Assembly (NCBI RefSeq): GCF_009914755.1
Contig: NC_060932.1
Origin: the human T2T-CHM13v2.0 reference genome, Homo sapiens
Direction: 5' to 3' (one strand)
Length of the DNA: 64,000 bases
In this document: piece after piece, positions 24,418 to 42,640 of the stretch
How positions within the stretch are numbered: the first letter of the stretch is position 1
Layout of the letters: the number at the start of each line of letters is the position of its first letter
Position numbers and translations under genes: made by a program
Notes under the pieces: model-generated
What the model was told of the DNA's origin: nothing
Database searches by the model: none
Seen by the model: the letters and a program-made list of their open reading frames with translations, nothing else

Positions 24418-27400
24418 AGGTGGCAGAAAAAATTTTCAGGAGGTCAGGGACTGTATCTTTTTCATCCTTACAGCTATAGCAGCCATTATAGGTTATTACT
24501 TTATAAATATGGCATTGGAAGGGAACAAGAATGAAGAAGAGAATAGAAGGGAAGGTCCCAGTGGAAACTCATGATCTGTTGCCTAAATTCCAAACATGAA
24601 CCAGTTCTCAGACGTGGAGCCCATTAGTTGAGGGTCAAGTCCCAGTAAGGAAGGATTCTGCAACACTGAGGCAAATGTATACTGTAGGAATTCCTCAGTT
24701 CTCCTTTAAAGGCACATATGGGTGTTTACTTGGGTAACCCTTGGGAATAGGTTATGTCCAGCTTGTTCAAAAGCTGTTGGTTATAGGTCTGAGTTGATGT
24801 TGATTCCTCCCAACCCAAAGCACCATCATCATGTCCCTGTTAGAGGAGGGCTTTATGGGGCAAGTAATCAATGGAGCCATGGCCCTGAGCCATCATGAGA
24901 TGGTGGGTCTCCCAGGTCCGCAGACCAACAGATGGTCACTTCCCAAATTCCTGAATACATACTAGGTAAGAACATACTTACCTTGGCAGAATCCTCATAT
25001 TTCTTCCTGACCTTGGAGTAAAAGCTATTGTCATAGGAAAAGCCAAATGGAGGCTCCTGAAACTGCCTTCCCATATCAGGGTAGTTAATCAAAAGCAGCA
25101 TGGTATCCTGGAAAGAATGGCAGAGGCTAAGTGCTACACTAACTGACACATGACGCAGAGGTAGTGGCTTTTATCTTAATCATCAGTCTGGTTCTGACAA
25201 AACCAGATGGATCATAGCAGATGACAATGAACTATTACAAACAACCAAGTAATGGCTCCAATTACAGCTGCTTTGTCAGATGGGCTCTCTTTACTAGGGC
25301 AGATTATCACAGCCTCAAGTATGGGGGATGCAGTTATTGATCTGGCAAATGCATTCTTTCCCATAAGGTAGGAAGAACAGAAGAAATTAGCATTTAACTG
25401 GGATGGACAACAGTACACAGTAATGATCTAGTCCCAGGTATATGTTGATTCTGCTCTCTGTCACAAGATAGCCTGAAAGGACCTGGATTGACTGGGCATT
25501 CTGCAGAACATTGTTCCACTAATGATAGGTACTCTAGATGCCTTAGTAAGATAAATTCTTCAGAGAGTGGGAGGTAAACTTGCCAAAAATTCAGGGGTCT
25601 GCTACATTAGGGAAGGTTATAGGTGGTCCAGGGGTCTGGGGCATGTCAGCAGGCCCTCTAAAGTAAGTAACAAGTACCTTATTCTTAGTAAGGAAGAAAG
25701 TAAGGAATAAATGAATACTTTGCAGCCACTTCTACTCAGAAAGATGCATAATTGTTAGCTCTTTTTGGGTTTTGAAGGCAGTATATTCTGTACTTGAGAA
25801 TATTTCTGATTCATTTATCAAGTGACATGGAAGGATGCTACTTTGGAGTTGGACCTGAAGCAAGAAAATTCCTTATATTACAGGTATTTCTGCTGTTTAG
25901 ACTATATGATCCAGCAGATGCCATGGTCCTAGAGGTATCTGGGTAGAATGGGATGTTGAGTAACAGCTCTGGAAAGCCCCCAAAGGAGTTACAGCATAGA
26001 ACCTGTGGTTCTGGGGCAGGGTCACACTATCTGCGGCAGAGTGCTGTATGCCACGTGAAAAATATTTCTTGACATGCTATTGGGCACTTGTAGAGACAGA
26101 ACATCCAAACACGTAATATCAATTGACCACATGCCAATCATGAACTGGGTATAATCAGCCCCACCAAGATATGAGGTCAGGCAGGCCCAGCAACAATCTG
26201 TTGTAAAATGAAAGTGGCACATCCTGGATTGGGCTTGAGCAGGTCCAGAGGATACAAATAAGCTACATGAACAGGTGGCCCAGACCTCCACATGATCTAC
26301 TACTTTGCACTGATGTCTTTCCCTCATCTCACACCTATTGCCACATAGGGGACTTCTTATGAGACCAGTTGAAGGAGGAGAAAAACCAAGCTTGGCACAC
26401 AATAGCTGAGCATATTGACATGAGCTGAAAATGGACTATTGCTGCACTATAGCCCCTCTTGTGGTCTTGAAAGACATTGGGGTGCAAAATCCTTCAATCG
26501 GTAGAGTCTCACACCAGTACTGCCTCTGGCCATCAACTTTGTATAGAAAGAGAAGAGGATTAGGTAAGAATATGCATGGGTTCTGGGGAAGTGACTCAAC
26601 TCATTTTTAAGGGGCATAGAAAAAGAGGAACAAAAAATTTGGGAGAAGAGTTATGTGGACAGACCTATGGGAGTGGTCCTAAAGTGTGATCTTTGGATTG
26701 CATGTAAATGCACAACAAGAGCCACTGCAGCAAAAGTACAAACAACCAAACAGATGGGATGGATTGGCCAGTGGATGCCAGCCTCTGTCCTTGGCTTCCC
26801 CAGGGCATGATCAATGGGCTCATGAGTGGAGCCATCATGAAGGCAGAAACAGAGGCTATGCATGAGCCCAGCAGCAAGAACTTCCTCTCACCAGGGCTGA
26901 TTAAACTACTGCTGCTGCTAAACATCAGATTTGTAAGCTCAAAAAAGCTAAGATCCTGAAGCTGATCAGCAAGATGTATGTGGCAAATTTATTCCAGAAG
27001 CCTCTTCTCACCCTGGTTAGAATAGTGATTCACTCACTGAGACTGAGACATATTCTGGATATGGCTTTATCTTTCCTGCCCACAAGACCTTGACCATCTC
27101 ATTATCCAAGGGCCCACAGAGTGTCTGCTTCACTGACAAGGGATCACCTATAACATCTCTTTGGACTGAAGACAAACTTTATGGCAAAGGAAGTGTGGCA
27201 GTGTGCAGACAACCATGGGATCTACCTATTCTACCCCATGCCACACCATTTAGAAGTTGCCAACCTGAAAGAATAGTGGAAAAGCCTCCTAAAGAAGCAG
27301 TTGAATCACCTTCTTGAGTACGGCACCCCAAGTGGATGAGGGACTACTTTAGAATGCAGTAAACTTTTAGAACTAATGCTATTGTAGCTAATATACCTAG

Positions 27401-27554
27401 ACGTAGAAAACATGGTTCCAGGAAGTAGAAGTGGCTTTGTTCATCATTTCTGTCATCATGACTGACTGAGGAAATTCGTTTATTCCACCCACACAATTTT
27501 AGGTAACCTGGTTCTTGGAGGTGGCTGCTTCCATGAAAGAACATAGTCAGGGTC

Positions 27555-29729
<2,175 letters not shown>

Positions 29730-30219
29730 TTCATCATCCATTAATGACACACACAAAGAAGAAAAATGTACTATATTAGAGGAACAATTGATCCTGATCA
29801 TCATGAGGCAGTTGGACTGCTGCTACACACAGGAAAAGGGAGGCGCATGTTTGGGGTTTTGATGCACCTCTGTGGTGGTTCTTGGTGCTCCTAGGCTCAG
29901 TTTAAATTGCAGTTGGACAAATACAGTAAACATAGTTGGTCAAGAAAGGTAACAAGGGCTCAGATCCTGCACGAAAGTCACCTAGAACTACAGAGGTGCT
30001 GACCAAGAGTGAAGGGAATCTATAATGTGTGGCAGAGCAGGGCATGGTAACTATCAGTGATGGCCTTGGACCAACTGCAGCAAGGAGCTGAAGTTCATCT
30101 CACTGACAGTGCTCTTGTAAGCTCCTTAAGAATCATGACACAGAATCCCGCAGAAGCCATGCCTGCATGGAGTGAACTCAGTGTGAGGAGAAAGTGGAAA
30201 TTAACAGGCAAAGGGTGGG

Positions 30220-30690
30220 TTGCAGCAGGTACCACTTGAATCCACTTTCCTGGGCTGAATGCCCCAGATGCTGTGTGTGCCAGTAGCTAACAGCTAGCAA
30301 GTCTTTCCTTCTCCCCCAAATTTCCCTCAGCTGATGGGAGCAGCTTTGCCCAGCAAATTCAAGCTGTCTCTCCAGGTTAGGAGGGTCCAGAGGCAATGAC
30401 CAACTGATATAGAGGTATAGAAGGCAGGACCTTTTGCATCAAGCAGTGGTGGTAGTGGTGGAGAAGATCACTCTGCAGTTCTGTTTATGCTATGGAGCTC
30501 CCCCAACCTCCCACCATGGACCAGGACAAGGCTAGACTCTACCTGAGACAGCAGCCTTGCCCTGCTCTCTCCCCTCCCCTGCCATCCTTCCCTCTTCCCC
30601 TCCCTCACTGTTTTTTTCTGTAAGGCACTCCCTCCATCAATCCTATGCACCTGAATCTTTGACTGAGGCTCTGATATCCTTTTTCCTTTG
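30220..30690 (+). mobile_element. LTR16-type ERVL 3' LTR
   Basis: Follows the PPT; ggcactccctccatcaatcctatgcacctgaatc...aggctctg resembles the LTR16 3' end. Confidence 0.7.
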
Positions 30691-33019
30691 GTCCTCTGTC
30701 CTGGAGAGTAGGCATTCTTTAAATCATCCCATAAAAAATTAAATACCCTGGTGAATGGAGCCACCATAAGGGTCCAGAATTTTGAGGACTGAAGGGTTCC
30801 TTAGAGGACAAAATTTATTCAGGGACACCTCTTACTTTTGCATATTTTATTTAAGCATAATGCATACACTGAAAGTAAACTGTAATGTATAGCCTGCTGA
30901 ATTTTCACAAGGACATTATAGGAAGGGAAGAGATGGGGTTACAGTGGCACACACTTTTCTACAACAGTCCAGAAACAATCATGGCCCTCTCACTGCCATT
31001 TCACAGGCTGGAGCTTGTCACATGGCCCGCCCACAAGAAGAGGGGAGAACTGGACATGGGCAAGATTAGGGATCTCTATAGCAATAAACACAAGTCTGAC
31101 CAAATCATTTTTTTCTCCATTGAATTTTCTTGCATATATCAATTTATCTCCCTTTCTCCAGTTTTGGTGGCCAGTTCAAACTGTCTCAACCAATATACAG
31201 AGAGAATGCATTTAGGGTGTTTGTTCCAATGATAAATTATGAAGAACTTCATCAATTTGATTTGGTTAAATTTAGTATATCATTAAACGATAGGAAAGTC
31301 ACCTTTACCACAATCTGAGGTCCAGTTGGAAACAAAATGGTAGTCAAAAAACTTTCTACTGGGACTATCTTCTGCAATTTTTAAATTTGCAGTGAAATTT
31401 TAGATAGAAGCCCCAAAGACACATAGATAGAGGCCGCAAAGACACATGATTACACCAAGAAAGGTGTACAATTTAAAGGATCACTGATGATACTAGGAAA
31501 AATGTAAAAATAATTATAGATCCTTTGGTTTTCATGCACATTCTCATAATGACCGCCATTACTGGCTTTGGGGCCACATTCCATAATGAGTCTTTTTTTT
31601 AGGACTTAGTGTGCATAGAAGCGGCGCTGAAACTGTGTTTCTATTAATGAATGTATAGTTCTAAGCTGCAACAATGGCAATCCTGTATTATTCTGTGAAC
31701 AAAATTCTGCTGAATTCACAGACAGGTGACATTGTGTGGGCACTAATGTATACGGTGCTCTCTGTTGTAATAAGGCTGCTATTGTCTTTAACACAATACT
31801 GCTGAATGCGCACTGGACTTACAGCAGGTGCTGTTAGCTAAGACTGGACTTAACTCTTTGGAGTCTGATTTAAGCACCCTTTTACAGCCTCATCAGTGGC
31901 TTCCAATCTCAAAAATTCCCATTCATGTCTTTAATTTTTTTTACTGTGTTCATCCTTCCTTTCCCTACCTCCTTGTATGTTTTTATAATGATGCCATTTG
32001 CATCCAAATTCTTCGATATGTGGAAATGCATATTTTGCCTGCTTGTCTGAGGAGGTTGTTGACTCATCTCTTCATTCTTTCTGTCTGGGGGAGATGCACC
32101 CTTGTGCTTTGCTTGCATCTCCCACTTTGTCCCCCAATCTACGAGGACTCTATGTGGTAGTATCATTTCTCTCAAACACTGCATTCTCTAGCAGCAGTGA
32201 GTGCTCTGGGCTGGAAAAGGACATTAAACATCACCAATGATTTGACTAGGACACAGTGTGCTGGGCCAACAGAGAGTCACACAAGGCAGGAAGAAAGCCC
32301 TGGCTCTTGTCTCTGGTCCCTCGGCCACCAGCAGCCCAGGGCCCATGTGCACACACGTATCAGGCAGTCTCCATGCATAGAGAGGGCTGACCTGGGCACA
32401 CAGAGGGTCCTCAGGGACATTTCACTCTTCCCTTTTATCTGCCTACAGATGATCCACTTTTGAGATTACCTGGGAGAGGGCAGCAGCCACTCATCCATCT
32501 GGCCTTAGCTTCGTCATTGGTTTCCTTCCTCGCCTTTGGCACCTGTCTGTGGCCTGCAGCCCAGCGGTGGCAGGGAGAGAATTGGGAAGGAGAGCCACCG
32601 TATCTCTGGGCAGCTATTTCTGTCAACTGAAAAGGCCATTTAAGCAAAACACTTAATTACCTTTCCTCTTCCCTGCCACCCCTGGGAAAGTATGAGCCAG
32701 TCAGATAATGAGCTTAGAGCAAGTGAGCAGCTTGGGAGGGCAGAGATTTCCATCCGACTGAGGAGTGACCTCCTCTGATCCCATCATGAAATGGGGAGCA
32801 GAGACAAGAGCAAGGGGTGAAATAAACAGGCTCCTCTGCAGCATGGCTTCATTATCTCACCTGTCACGTTGCAGATTCCTAGAACATTAGAGAGCTCTAA
32901 TTCACAGGTAAAGCACCCAGGCCTGGTCTGTGATGAGCCAACTCTGAAATGGAAGCTACTTCCACAGCATGGTGCTGTGCAAAGAGCTCTAAGCTGAGCA
33001 TCTACCCTGCATGGCTGTT

Positions 33020-33137
33020 GCCAGCTGGGAGGTTTGGGCAACCCACTCAACCCTCTGGGCCTCAGGTTTCTGACAGATAAAAGGAGGACATTGGACTTGA
33101 GGGTTGCTAAGGCACCTCTAAATTTTATAAAGCTAGA
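33020..33137 (+). mobile_element. MIR (MIR3/MIRc-like)
   Basis: ctcaaccctctgggcctcaggtttctgacagataaaaggaggacattggact. Confidence 0.65.
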
Positions 33138-33911
33138 AAAATTGCTTCGGGTGTAGGGGAGTTGGGAAAATGGGGTCCCCTCTAAGCTGGGAGCCTGGCT
33201 GTACCTGGGGGAGGCACTGGCTGCATTCTGCACCAGGTTCCCCTTGGGGATGTGTGTCAGGCCAGGGGAGGATGCCCTCCTGGGCTTGTCAGAACCAGTT
33301 GTTGGGGTCCCGCCCACAGAGGCACAGCCTGCCAAACGAAAGGCATGGAGAGCCACTGGCCTGCAGGGAAAGCCCCACATCCGCAAAGAGCTCATGCCAG
33401 CCCTGTCTGGAAGGGGCAGCAGTTTGCCTGCCTCTGTGGCTGAGCTGACTGGGTGTCTTTCTTGGTTCCCATCCATTTTGACCTCAGTGAGTCTCATGTT
33501 TTCTGTTCCCTCATTTGCCCTGCTTGGACCTGGCATCTGGCCGTGCTGGCCCAACTGAGGACAGTGGCCATGGAGTGCCCCCCAACTGCAGCTGCCAGGC
33601 CATCCCCACTGCTGGGCCCTGCCCAGCCACCCACGCTGGGCCCCATCCCACTCCCAGAATGTGATATCCCACCCACATTTTTCCTGTTGCCCAGGCCTCC
33701 TGTCCACCCTCTGGAGTCTGACCTCACCTTTGCTGGCTGGACTGTGCCATCCGGCCATGGCCTTGGCCTGGGCTGTGACCCTGTGTTGCCTCCTGGTCCC
33801 TGCCTGGGGAACCATCAGTGAGGGGGACTCAGAGGCTGGGATGGGCAAGGGGGATTGAGGTCACCGCACCCCGTGGGAGACAGATTGGAAGACTGAGAAA
33901 GCCACTCCGTT

Positions 33912-35255
33912 TAATTCATTCATCAGTCATTGCAAGCTATCCTTAGGTGTGGAGGTTATAGCATTGAACACATAACAACTCCACCTCCCCCTGTGGCACC
34001 CAGTGCTGGGGAAATAGAAGAGGACCAAAATAAATAAGCTAAAACATTTTGAAAACCTAACTAACTAAATAAGTAAAACGATGTTTAAAATAAAATGAAT
34101 ATGTGTAGTAGAAAGTACCCACTAGGATGGGAAAAAATAAAACCATGAAGGGCGACAGGAATCCCCAGATTGAGGATGGGGTTTGCAGGGTTAGACAGGG
34201 AAATCAGAGGGGGCCTCACTGAAAGGGAAATTTAAGTGACAATCTGAAAGACCCAGGGAGGGAGTCATGCCGAGATCTGGGAAAAGAGGACTATAGGCAG
34301 AGGGAATGGCACATGCAAATGCCCTGAGGTATAATCGTGCTGGTGAGCAAGAGGGCTGACCAGGAAGCCCATGTGACCTGAGCTGAGGGAGGGGCAGGCT
34401 AGGAGATCACTCTGGAGAAATAATGGGGATGGGTGGCCAAGAGCAGGTGGCGTGGGGCTCTGAGGGCTGCTGTGAGAGTTTCCCTCTGAGTGAGTTGAGG
34501 GCCACTTCAGGGCTTTGACAAGAGGAAGTCATTCTCTGGCCATGCTGACAGGTTCATTCAGACCGTTGACATGAGAGAACACCAAAAGAGGACCAGGGCA
34601 CTGAAGGGTGCCTGGTTGGGAGGCGGCTGTGATCACACAGATGAGACATTACACGACTTGGCCCAGGTTGGTGATGGTGGAGGTGGTAAGAAATGGCTGG
34701 ACTCTAGATGTAAACGTGGATTGACATGATTTACTGATGGCCTGGATGTGGCATGTCAGAGAAAGAGTGGAGACAAGTATGTTTTTGAGATTCTTGGCCT
34801 GAGCAACTGCAGGAAAGGAGCTATGTTTAATGGCAAGGAGTGGGGTCGACCAGGAGCTCAGGGCTGAATGTGTTCATTTCAGACACCTGTAGGTCACTAA
34901 ATGGAGGGGTGGAGTCTGCAGTGCATGACAGGACAGTATAATTTGGGTGCCCACAGCAAGTAGATGGTATTTAAGGTTGCAGGATGCAATGAGATTACCA
35001 CTGGAGTGCAGGTAGAGGCTAGAAGAGAGAGACGTCAAAGGCTGAGCACTGGGGCCTCCAGCATGAGGAGGTTGGAGTGAGAAAGAGGAGAGAAAGCTGG
35101 GAACGAAAGGACCAGATAAGAGGAAAACCAATGCTGTGTGCTGCAAGGTAGATGTAGTGTTTCAAGGAGGAGGGAGTGGTTATCCATGTCAACTATGATA
35201 AGGTCTAAAACGACAGTTGGGCATAGCAAAGTGGGGGCTATTGTTAAGCCCCATT
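33912..35255 (-). mobile_element. L2 (L2a-like), about 1.3 kb
   Basis: Starts ttcattcatc; antisense L2 body; minus frame ILDLIIVDMDNHSLLLETL resembles L2 RT. Confidence 0.85.
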
Positions 35256-35279
35256 TTCTGCATGGAAAATTCATTTATT

Positions 35280-35775
35280 GGACTGAGGATCCTGGCCCCT
35301 AGCTTTAGCAACAGAGATGAGCATGTGGCCCAGGTCTGGCTTACAGGGAGCTCCTCCCCTGGTCACAGAGATTGGTTCAGAGACGGGACATGTGGCTCAA
35401 GCTGGGCCAATTAGAATTCTCTCTGGACACAGTGATATTGGTTTAGAGATAAGCATGTGGCCCAGGCTGGGCCAATTAGGGTTCTCTTTGAACATTCCGT
35501 CCTGGAGCTGTCAGGAAATATTGGCTCCTTTCTCTGGAGTTGCTAAGTGTTAGGATGCAAATCTTGGCCACTAGCAGACATCCTACATGTCGGGTGGACT
35601 CACCATTCCTTGGAGAGAGAAAGATCCCTGACAATAGCATTTGAGGCTATTCTGGCTCCAGTCCTGCCCAAGGCCTGCTGCTCTCTTGGACTTCCATATT
35701 TCATTTCCTAGACAATAAATTCTCTACTTGAAGCTGGTTTGAATCAATCTCCTCTCTCTTTCATCCAAAATGTCC
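35280..35775 (+). mobile_element. Old MaLR LTR (MLT1K/L-like)
   Basis: Repeated catgtggcccaggctgggccaattag; caataaattctctacttgaagctggtttg. Confidence 0.7.
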
Positions 35776-37489
35776 TAGCCAATTGAAGGAGATTTCTCTG
35801 ACGCCAGCTGCTCAATAGTGGGAGGCGCTTCCTCAATAGTGGGAGTGCAGCCTCCTACATGAAACCTTACGGAGCAACCCCTGGATTCAGGACTATTTTT
35901 AGCTGCCGCAATTGCCTGGGGAAAGCTGCCGCCCTGGGCACGACCAAACAGGGTCAGCTCCCTATCTCCTCCTGCAGCAGCCTCTGACGCAGGCCTGGAA
36001 TCTGGGGCAAGGTAGGGTTGCGACCAGAGAAGCTGGGTGAGGATATCAGATTCCACCCGTGACCCAAGAGGTGGCATCCTGTGGGCTGCCAGGGATCAGT
36101 ACTGGGAGTTCCCCAGGACCTTATGACAGCCAAGCAGGGAACTGCTGCAGGCTTGGAGGGTGACAGGGTCAGCATCTGGGGAAAGCAGACCAAGTAATGG
36201 GAGACCAGGGTAGGGGAAGCGGTTGCTAAAACAAACTGACTAATCCTGCCAGATGATGTTTCTCTGGCCTGGAGCTGTTATTTAAAGGGCCAGCCACACA
36301 CAAATGGCAGCGTCTTAAAGATACTTGGTGCACAGGCCCATTCGTGCTGGCTTTTGGCTTTAGAAATCCAGTCTGCCACCTTTGGGTGTCTTCTCGGTGT
36401 GTTAAAAAGGAAAGTACTTTGTACTATTCTTTGGGTCCACGTGCAGATAAACAGGTTATTCAGCCTTCCTCATCTCTCTCCTATACCTGGGCAAATAAAT
36501 GCATGAGTCACCCATGGGAAGAGCTCTGAGCTTCTCACCCTGCACACCGATAAGGATAAAATATGCTCCAGTGATCATTTCTAGCTACCCACACTGAATA
36601 AACCAATCAAGGCCTCATAGAGCCTTGGAATATCTATGCACCAAAGGACTTGGTATAAATCCCTTTTGTCCAAAATCATTACCTCATTGCTTGCTTCTAT
36701 TTCAGGGTTTCTTTTGTTGTTGGAGAAGACATATGTTTCACACCAACCCTTTCATTATCTAACTGTGGTTGAGACTTCCTTCCAATCATATAGTTTACTC
36801 TCATCATGGAATAGAAATGATACCAACTCAAAAAACTTCATTAAATAAAGTGCCACACAGTTTGAATTTGTAGCATTTGACAGAAGCTAAAATGAAATTT
36901 ACTTGCTGCTCAGATAATTACAGATAGTGCATATTACTAGACTAAACATATTTGTAGGAAGGGTGAATTTAAAGTGTTTAAGAGAAAAACCGTCTTAAAC
37001 ACCCTCAAGCACTTTAAAATGTCACGTTGCACCCAAATAAGCCAGGTACACATCAATCTTCTATAGTCACAAAAGCAGGTCTTCCAAGATTTCTGGCAGG
37101 CCGTGGTTGTTTAGCCTATTTTTAATTTACTGCAATAAAACTACATAAAAACCGTATCATTCACCCTTTTTGCTAATTTACTTTGGTCTTCCCCATAATC
37201 AGTCTGAAAAGGAATATTCTACTTCATGAATTTACCCTTCAGTGAGGTATATTCTTGGTGCCATAATTGAATTCTCCTTTCTAAATCACATAAAGCAAAT
37301 GTTTCCCAAGCCCTTTCCATATTTTCTGTAGATGGGACACAAATTGCAAGAGAGAAATATTGTGGAGACGTAGAAGCAGACAGGCCTTCCCTTCTGTTGA
37401 GAGTGGTTTTGTTCTTCTGGCTATTGTGTTTTTAGACTCATGATCTCTATGAAGTGAGCAGAACCAAGCCTCTGGTATATTGGTCAAGG

Positions 37490-37900
37490 GAGTGTAAACT
37501 ACTACAATAGAAAAGTCCTCACATCCTAGCAGCTTTCCATACTAAAAGCATGTATCTTGCCCGTGTAACTCTCCAAGGCCAGTCATTCTGGCTGGGCAGC
37601 TCTCCTCCATGATATGGTTCAGAGGCCTGGACTCCTTACATGCGTGGCTCCACCACGCTTAACATGTGGCTCCCAGCACAGTTCCAGGAGTCTCATTCTG
37701 GTTGGCTGGGGGGAGAAAAGCTCATGAGGACTACACAGGGCTTTATGGTGCACACTTGGGATTGGTGCAGACTTATCAGCTCTGCTTATTTCACACTGAC
37801 CAGTGTAGGACTGACGTTGGACCATGGTCACACCTCCCTGTAAGGGAGGTTGGGAAGTATCATTTGGCCATGTGCCCAGGGTCTGGGTAAAGAGGCAGTA
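37490..37900 (-). mobile_element. Old MaLR LTR (MLT1I/J-like)
   Basis: gggcagctctcctccatg...catggtcacacctccctgtaagggaggttgggaag. Confidence 0.65.
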
Positions 37901-38389
37901 GTTTCTGCCTCCTGTGGCCATAGTCAAGAGGCTTTTGACTCCAACAGTGGCCAAGTTCTTACACCAAAGGTATTTAAAAATACTAATTGGGGTAGGTCCC
38001 AAAAAACGGAGTAAATTTGGTTAATTTCCCCTTTTTTGCTATTCAGTTTTGCTTCTCTATTTTTATCTCATTGATTTCTAGAATGGAAGTAAACATCTTA
38101 ACATCTTGGTCTCCAATAATATCTCAGAAAAGCTACATGGAGTCTATAGCAAAAGAAGTCTATTTGACCCTGTTTTCTTGTAAATCATTGGAAAGTGACA
38201 GGCTTCACACCAAAATGTTCTAGTGGTCTGAGGCAAACAAGATCATGATTACTCTCTCTTTCTTTCTCCCTCTCTCTAACACCTTCATATCAGCGAGTGC
38301 CTGACTCATAATTCAGGACATTAGACTTCACATAGACCACCCTGCTCTCTCCACACCTGTGAATCACCTCCTTTCCTTGGGCTGATGTT

Positions 38390-38600
38390 GACACAAATCT
38401 CAAGCCCACCACATTGCAGCTGTGAAGTTCTGGCAACTTATTTAACCTTCCTCAGGTTAAATTATTCCTTAAATTATTCTTCTTGATTCCTTAATCTGTG
38501 CAAAATCAGATTAACACTTCCCATCTCTTGGGACCTTGAAGGGTTAAGTTAGATATTGAAGGAGAAATCACAGAGCACAGTGCCTGACAGCTAGACAAGC
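38390..38600 (+). mobile_element. MIR
   Basis: gcaacttatttaaccttcctcag...agcacagtgcctgacagctag. Confidence 0.55.
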
Positions 38601-39090
38601 AATCCCTACCGGCTTCCTTCCTGCTTTGCTCCGCTCAAGGAAAGGTAAAGCGCCAGGGCCTTTGTCAGAATGGTGGTGCCTCTGCTAGTGGAGCTACCTC
38701 TCCTCCCCCACACCACAGACTCCACGAAGACCCAACTGCAGCAACAGTTCTTTCCATTCAGGCAGAAATCAGAGGGTCTGAGGGTGAGGGGGGAGTAGGA
38801 GCCAGACAAAGGCACAATTACCCCCACATGACTGCCTACTAAGAATTCTGGCTGCAGAAAAGGCTTTTCTGCAGTTTGTTTTTGCTAGTTCTGCTCCAAG
38901 AACCCAAGAGGTAAGGCCTTCAGTCAAGAGGACAGCCCACGTCTCATTGTTCCAGTGTAAGTCAACTTAGCTAACCTCTGGCATTTTCTATGCTTCACCT
39001 CTTCTCTCATGTATTTTCTTGATTCATAAACAGCTATCTACTCCAGTTAGCACAATTTCTATTGATTGAGCCTGGCTAAGCTTAGCACAC

Positions 39091-39092
<2 letters not shown>

Positions 39093-39131
<39 letters not shown>
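39093..39131 (+). repeat. (CA)n microsatellite
   Basis: About 19 perfect CA units. Confidence 0.97.
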
Positions 39132-39133
<2 letters not shown>

Positions 39134-40247
39134 CATCCAAGGAAAATTTGGCCTCTAAATGAAGGGTGGGTTTGTACTCTCTGTTTCTTAGGCCATGCCT
39201 GAGTACATGTTGGAGGAAGATGAAAATCACTTCCACCAGTTCTCCTGAGCTAAGTTTATGAGAATCAATTATAATCCTTAAATCTTCTCATTCTTATATA
39301 GGCTTATTTTGTACTTAGTTCTGGTATCCCACTCTGAGCCAGTCAGAAGAAAAAAAAAAACCTTTGCATTTGTGATACTGCACAACTGTGCAGCAACCAG
39401 GATGATATTCTGGGATAAATCAGCAAAAGCCTTGGCTGTTTCAGTCGTAATCCTAAAGATCAACAGAAGAAATTGCTTGAAGTGGGTGGATAAAATTCTT
39501 AGAATAATCCTGCTCAAGCCCTCTAGAGTTCTTTTATGATGCCTTTATATATTTCAGCCTTTCACCTAGAAAGATTCCAAAGCATCACCCAACCTCGTGG
39601 GCTGTGCTGTAAGGAAGGAGCATGACAGCTGCAAAAGGGCTTAGACTCGAAAATGTCTTTTGAAGGAGTGTTGGGAGAAAAGGTCCCATTGAGGCTAATG
39701 ATAAATCTGGGGAGGCGCTTTAAGAAAGTTTCTATGGAAAACAGACACAATAACTTTTCTGTTGAGAATGTCAGTCAAAGTGTACAACCTAGCTAGACAT
39801 ATAGTATATGACCAAAGTGTCGACCTAGCTAGAAACTTGTTCAGCAGGCTGAACTGTAGTGGGGCATCCTGCTGGTGAGCTTATGACAGGTGCATTTTGG
39901 CAGGCAGGGCTGAGGCTGGTGTGCAAAGTCATTGGCAGTTGGCAGTGTAAATTATTGAGGGGGTTTGATGGGATTGTGCAGGACAGGATGTGTTTACTGC
40001 ATGGATCAAGACCAGAGATGGAGACGTGGCTGGTGTTTCAGAGGCACAGGAGCCAGAAGCTGGGGCTACAGCTACAGATCATGCTCTTTCTTGACAGGAA
40101 CCTTTCTTTTATGGTCTCTCTTTTTCTGGTCCAGAATTTCACAAAACTTAATAGCAAAATATCAAAAAGATACCATATGTGGAAGTTACTTCTGACTGAC
40201 CACCAAAATCTGTTCTCCCCATTATCCATAAAAATGGAGGGCATGTA

Positions 40248-41920
<1,673 letters not shown>

Positions 41921-42419
41921 AAGAAAGACATTCCTTCTTCCTCCTTCCTTCTTACTTGGAGCACTTTCCAGCAGGACTTTAGGTGGGCCTGAGGATGAAT
42001 TCATTTTTCTATAGAATAAAATAAACATTTCTTGAGCACCCAATCAGGTACTGTTCTATGTAATCAGCCTGCAAAGAGGAATAAAACCCAACCTTTGCTC
42101 TTGAGGAAATGATGGTCCAGTGAAAATCTTTGGATTTTGGCTCATATCTAGCCAGTCTGAAGTTACAGAGCTGATCATTCAGCAGTTTAGGGATTTTGTT
42201 GAGCTTAGAGGAACCTGAAAAAAATGCAGAAATTTGGCTTTAAATTGGTATTTTTCTCTTAATGTTCTGCAGAAAATCACATTAACATGAACTGCACTTT
42301 AACCCCTCAACCTGTGAAATGAGAACAGGTCTCAATGTCTAAGTGCCCACAGCGCCCCTTCCCACCCCTTATATTCAGTACTAGTCTTTCCAGGTTAAGT
42401 GGTATCATGTAGTTTCCAT

Positions 42420-42640
42420 TTATTTGAGTTATTATCGGGGCATGGACTCTACCAGACTTCATATAATTCAACTAATTTACTTCTTTCAAGAAATAAATTG
42501 AGGTTTACAGATGAGAAAACTGATCCAGATAGGTTAACAAACGTGCCCGAGGCCACAGAGCCAGCTAGAGATGGAAGCAGGGTTTGAAACCAGGCCTGAT
42601 AACAAAATCTGAGCCCCATTCCTACAAACTCTGCTGCCTT
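42420..42640 (-). mobile_element. MIR
   Basis: tttacagatgagaaaactgatccagataggttaacaaacgtgcccgaggccacagagc. Confidence 0.75.

Noticed and set aside
31080-31580. Possible old DNA-transposon remnant
   Set aside because: Composition is suggestive but I could not identify TIRs or a family.
32784-33848. 354-codon minus-strand ORF
   Set aside because: Starts at TTG, runs through a MIR, lies in GC-rich DNA where several frames are open, and has no recognisable domain.
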